Of a stretch of 64,000 bases of DNA, positions 63,201 to 64,000 are shown piece after piece. How positions within the stretch are numbered: position 1 is the stretch's first letter; every line of letters begins with the position of its first letter. The notes under the pieces were generated by a model. It worked only from the letters and a program-made list of their open reading frames with translations. It did no database searches and was not told the DNA's origin. The position numbers and the translations under genes were made by a program. This DNA is from Eledone cirrhosa (lineage: Eukaryota): assembly GCA_964016885.1 (NCBI GenBank), contig OZ024742.1, positions 377,084,001 to 377,148,000 of the forward strand, read 5' to 3'.

Positions 63201-64000
63201 ACTACTGTGGTCGACACACTTCATACTATAGTAAAGACTATAAAGTCCCAGGTCACTACTGTGGTCGACACACTTCATACTATAGTAAAGACTATAAAGT
63301 CCCAGGTCACTACTGTGGTCGACACACTTCATACTATAGTAAAGACTATAAAGTCACAGGTCACTACTGTGGTCGACACACTTCATCCTATAGTAAAGAC
63401 TATAAAGTCCCAGGTCACTACTGTGGTCGACACACTTCATCCTATAGTAAAGACTATAAAGTCCCAGGTCACTACTGTGGTCGACACACTTCATCCTATA
63501 GTAAAGACTATAAAGTCCCAGGTCACTACTGTGGTCGACACACTTCATCCTATAGTAAAGAGTATAAAGTCCCAGGTCACTACTGTGGTCGACACACTTC
63601 ATACTATAGTAAAGACTATAAAGTCACAGGTCACTACTGTGGTCGACACACTTCATCCTATAGTAAAGACTATAAAGTCCCAGGATACTACTGTCGTCGA
63701 CACACTTCATCCTATAGTAAAGACTATAAAGTCCCAGGTCACTACTGTGGTCGACACACTTCATCCTATAGTAAAGAGTATAAAGTCCCAGGTCACTACT
63801 GTTGTCGACACACTTCATACTATAGTAAAGACTATAAAGTCCCAGGTCACTACTGTGGTCGACACACTTCATCCTATAGTAAAGACTATAAAGTCCCAGG
63901 TCACTACTGTGGTCGACACACTTCATCCTATAGTAAAGACTATAAAGTCCCAGGTCACTACTGTGGTCGACACACTTCATCCTATAGTAAAGAGTTTAAA
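57240..64000. repeat. Re-use of the ~48.4-51.3 kb cassette at offsets 8856 (164 monomers) and 10692 (198), with 1836-bp (34) and 2214-bp (41) local duplications
   Basis: The aaaacttaaaag variant has its TAA ending at 48554, 57410 and 59246. aagtgccagg and gtaaacact variants are triplicated. ORF-track pairs 57468/59304 and 61140/63354. Confidence 0.88.

Larger units (their letters stand above)
1..64000. repeat. 54-bp tandem repeat array (satellite / giant minisatellite), ~1,185 monomers, running off both window ends
   Basis: The monomer GTCCCAGGTCACTACTGTGGTCGACACACTTCAT[C/A]CTATAGTAAAGACTATAAA is read directly throughout. Units differ mostly by 0-2 substitutions. I saw no inversion or foreign insertion. 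Most units carry one SalI site (GTCGAC). Confidence 0.99.

Noticed and set aside
1309-63980. Minus-strand ORFs (MKCVDHSSDLGLYSLYYR)n as real genes
   Set aside because: They are a by-product of a stop-free monomer frame and are broken repeatedly by common variants (tcacagg, atatta, ttta). They have no unique sequence or recognisable domain.
1-64000. CRISPR array
   Set aside because: There are no unique spacers; the whole 54 bp is repeated and there are no cas genes.
1-64000. Assignment as centromeric or telomeric DNA, or a 162-bp (3-mer) nucleosomal HOR
   Set aside because: There is no telomeric motif, no recognisable CENP-B box and no consistent 3-monomer periodicity of variants. Location cannot be inferred from the sequence.

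Overview
The whole 64-kb window is one uninterrupted, head-to-tail, single-orientation array of a 54-bp monomer, about 1,185 copies. The consensus is GTCCCAGGTCACTACTGTGGTCGACACACTTCAT[C/A]CTATAGTAAAGACTATAAA (~41-43% GC). I found no unique sequence, RNA gene, transposon, CRISPR spacer or array end. It looks like a eukaryotic-type satellite or giant minisatellite, but the organism cannot be identified from the sequence. All ORFs in the track arise because 54 is a multiple of 3 and three of the six frames of the monomer are stop-free. Diagnostic variants show nested higher-order duplications at offsets of 19, 29, 32, 34, 41, 42, 56, 66, 68, 71, 76 and 164 monomers, and three regional subfamilies. 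The most striking signal is in + frame 1, which encodes an 18-residue unit (SQVTTVVDTLH[P/T]IVKTIK). Its seven aliphatic residues occupy seven consecutive spokes of an 18-spoke alpha-helical wheel, making an ideal amphipathic helix. This frame is open from before base 1 to ~19.83 kb with only frame-preserving indels, whereas the downstream array carries amplified frameshifts and stops. Whether this is a giant coding VNTR grading into satellite, or a coincidence in non-coding DNA, cannot be settled from this window.
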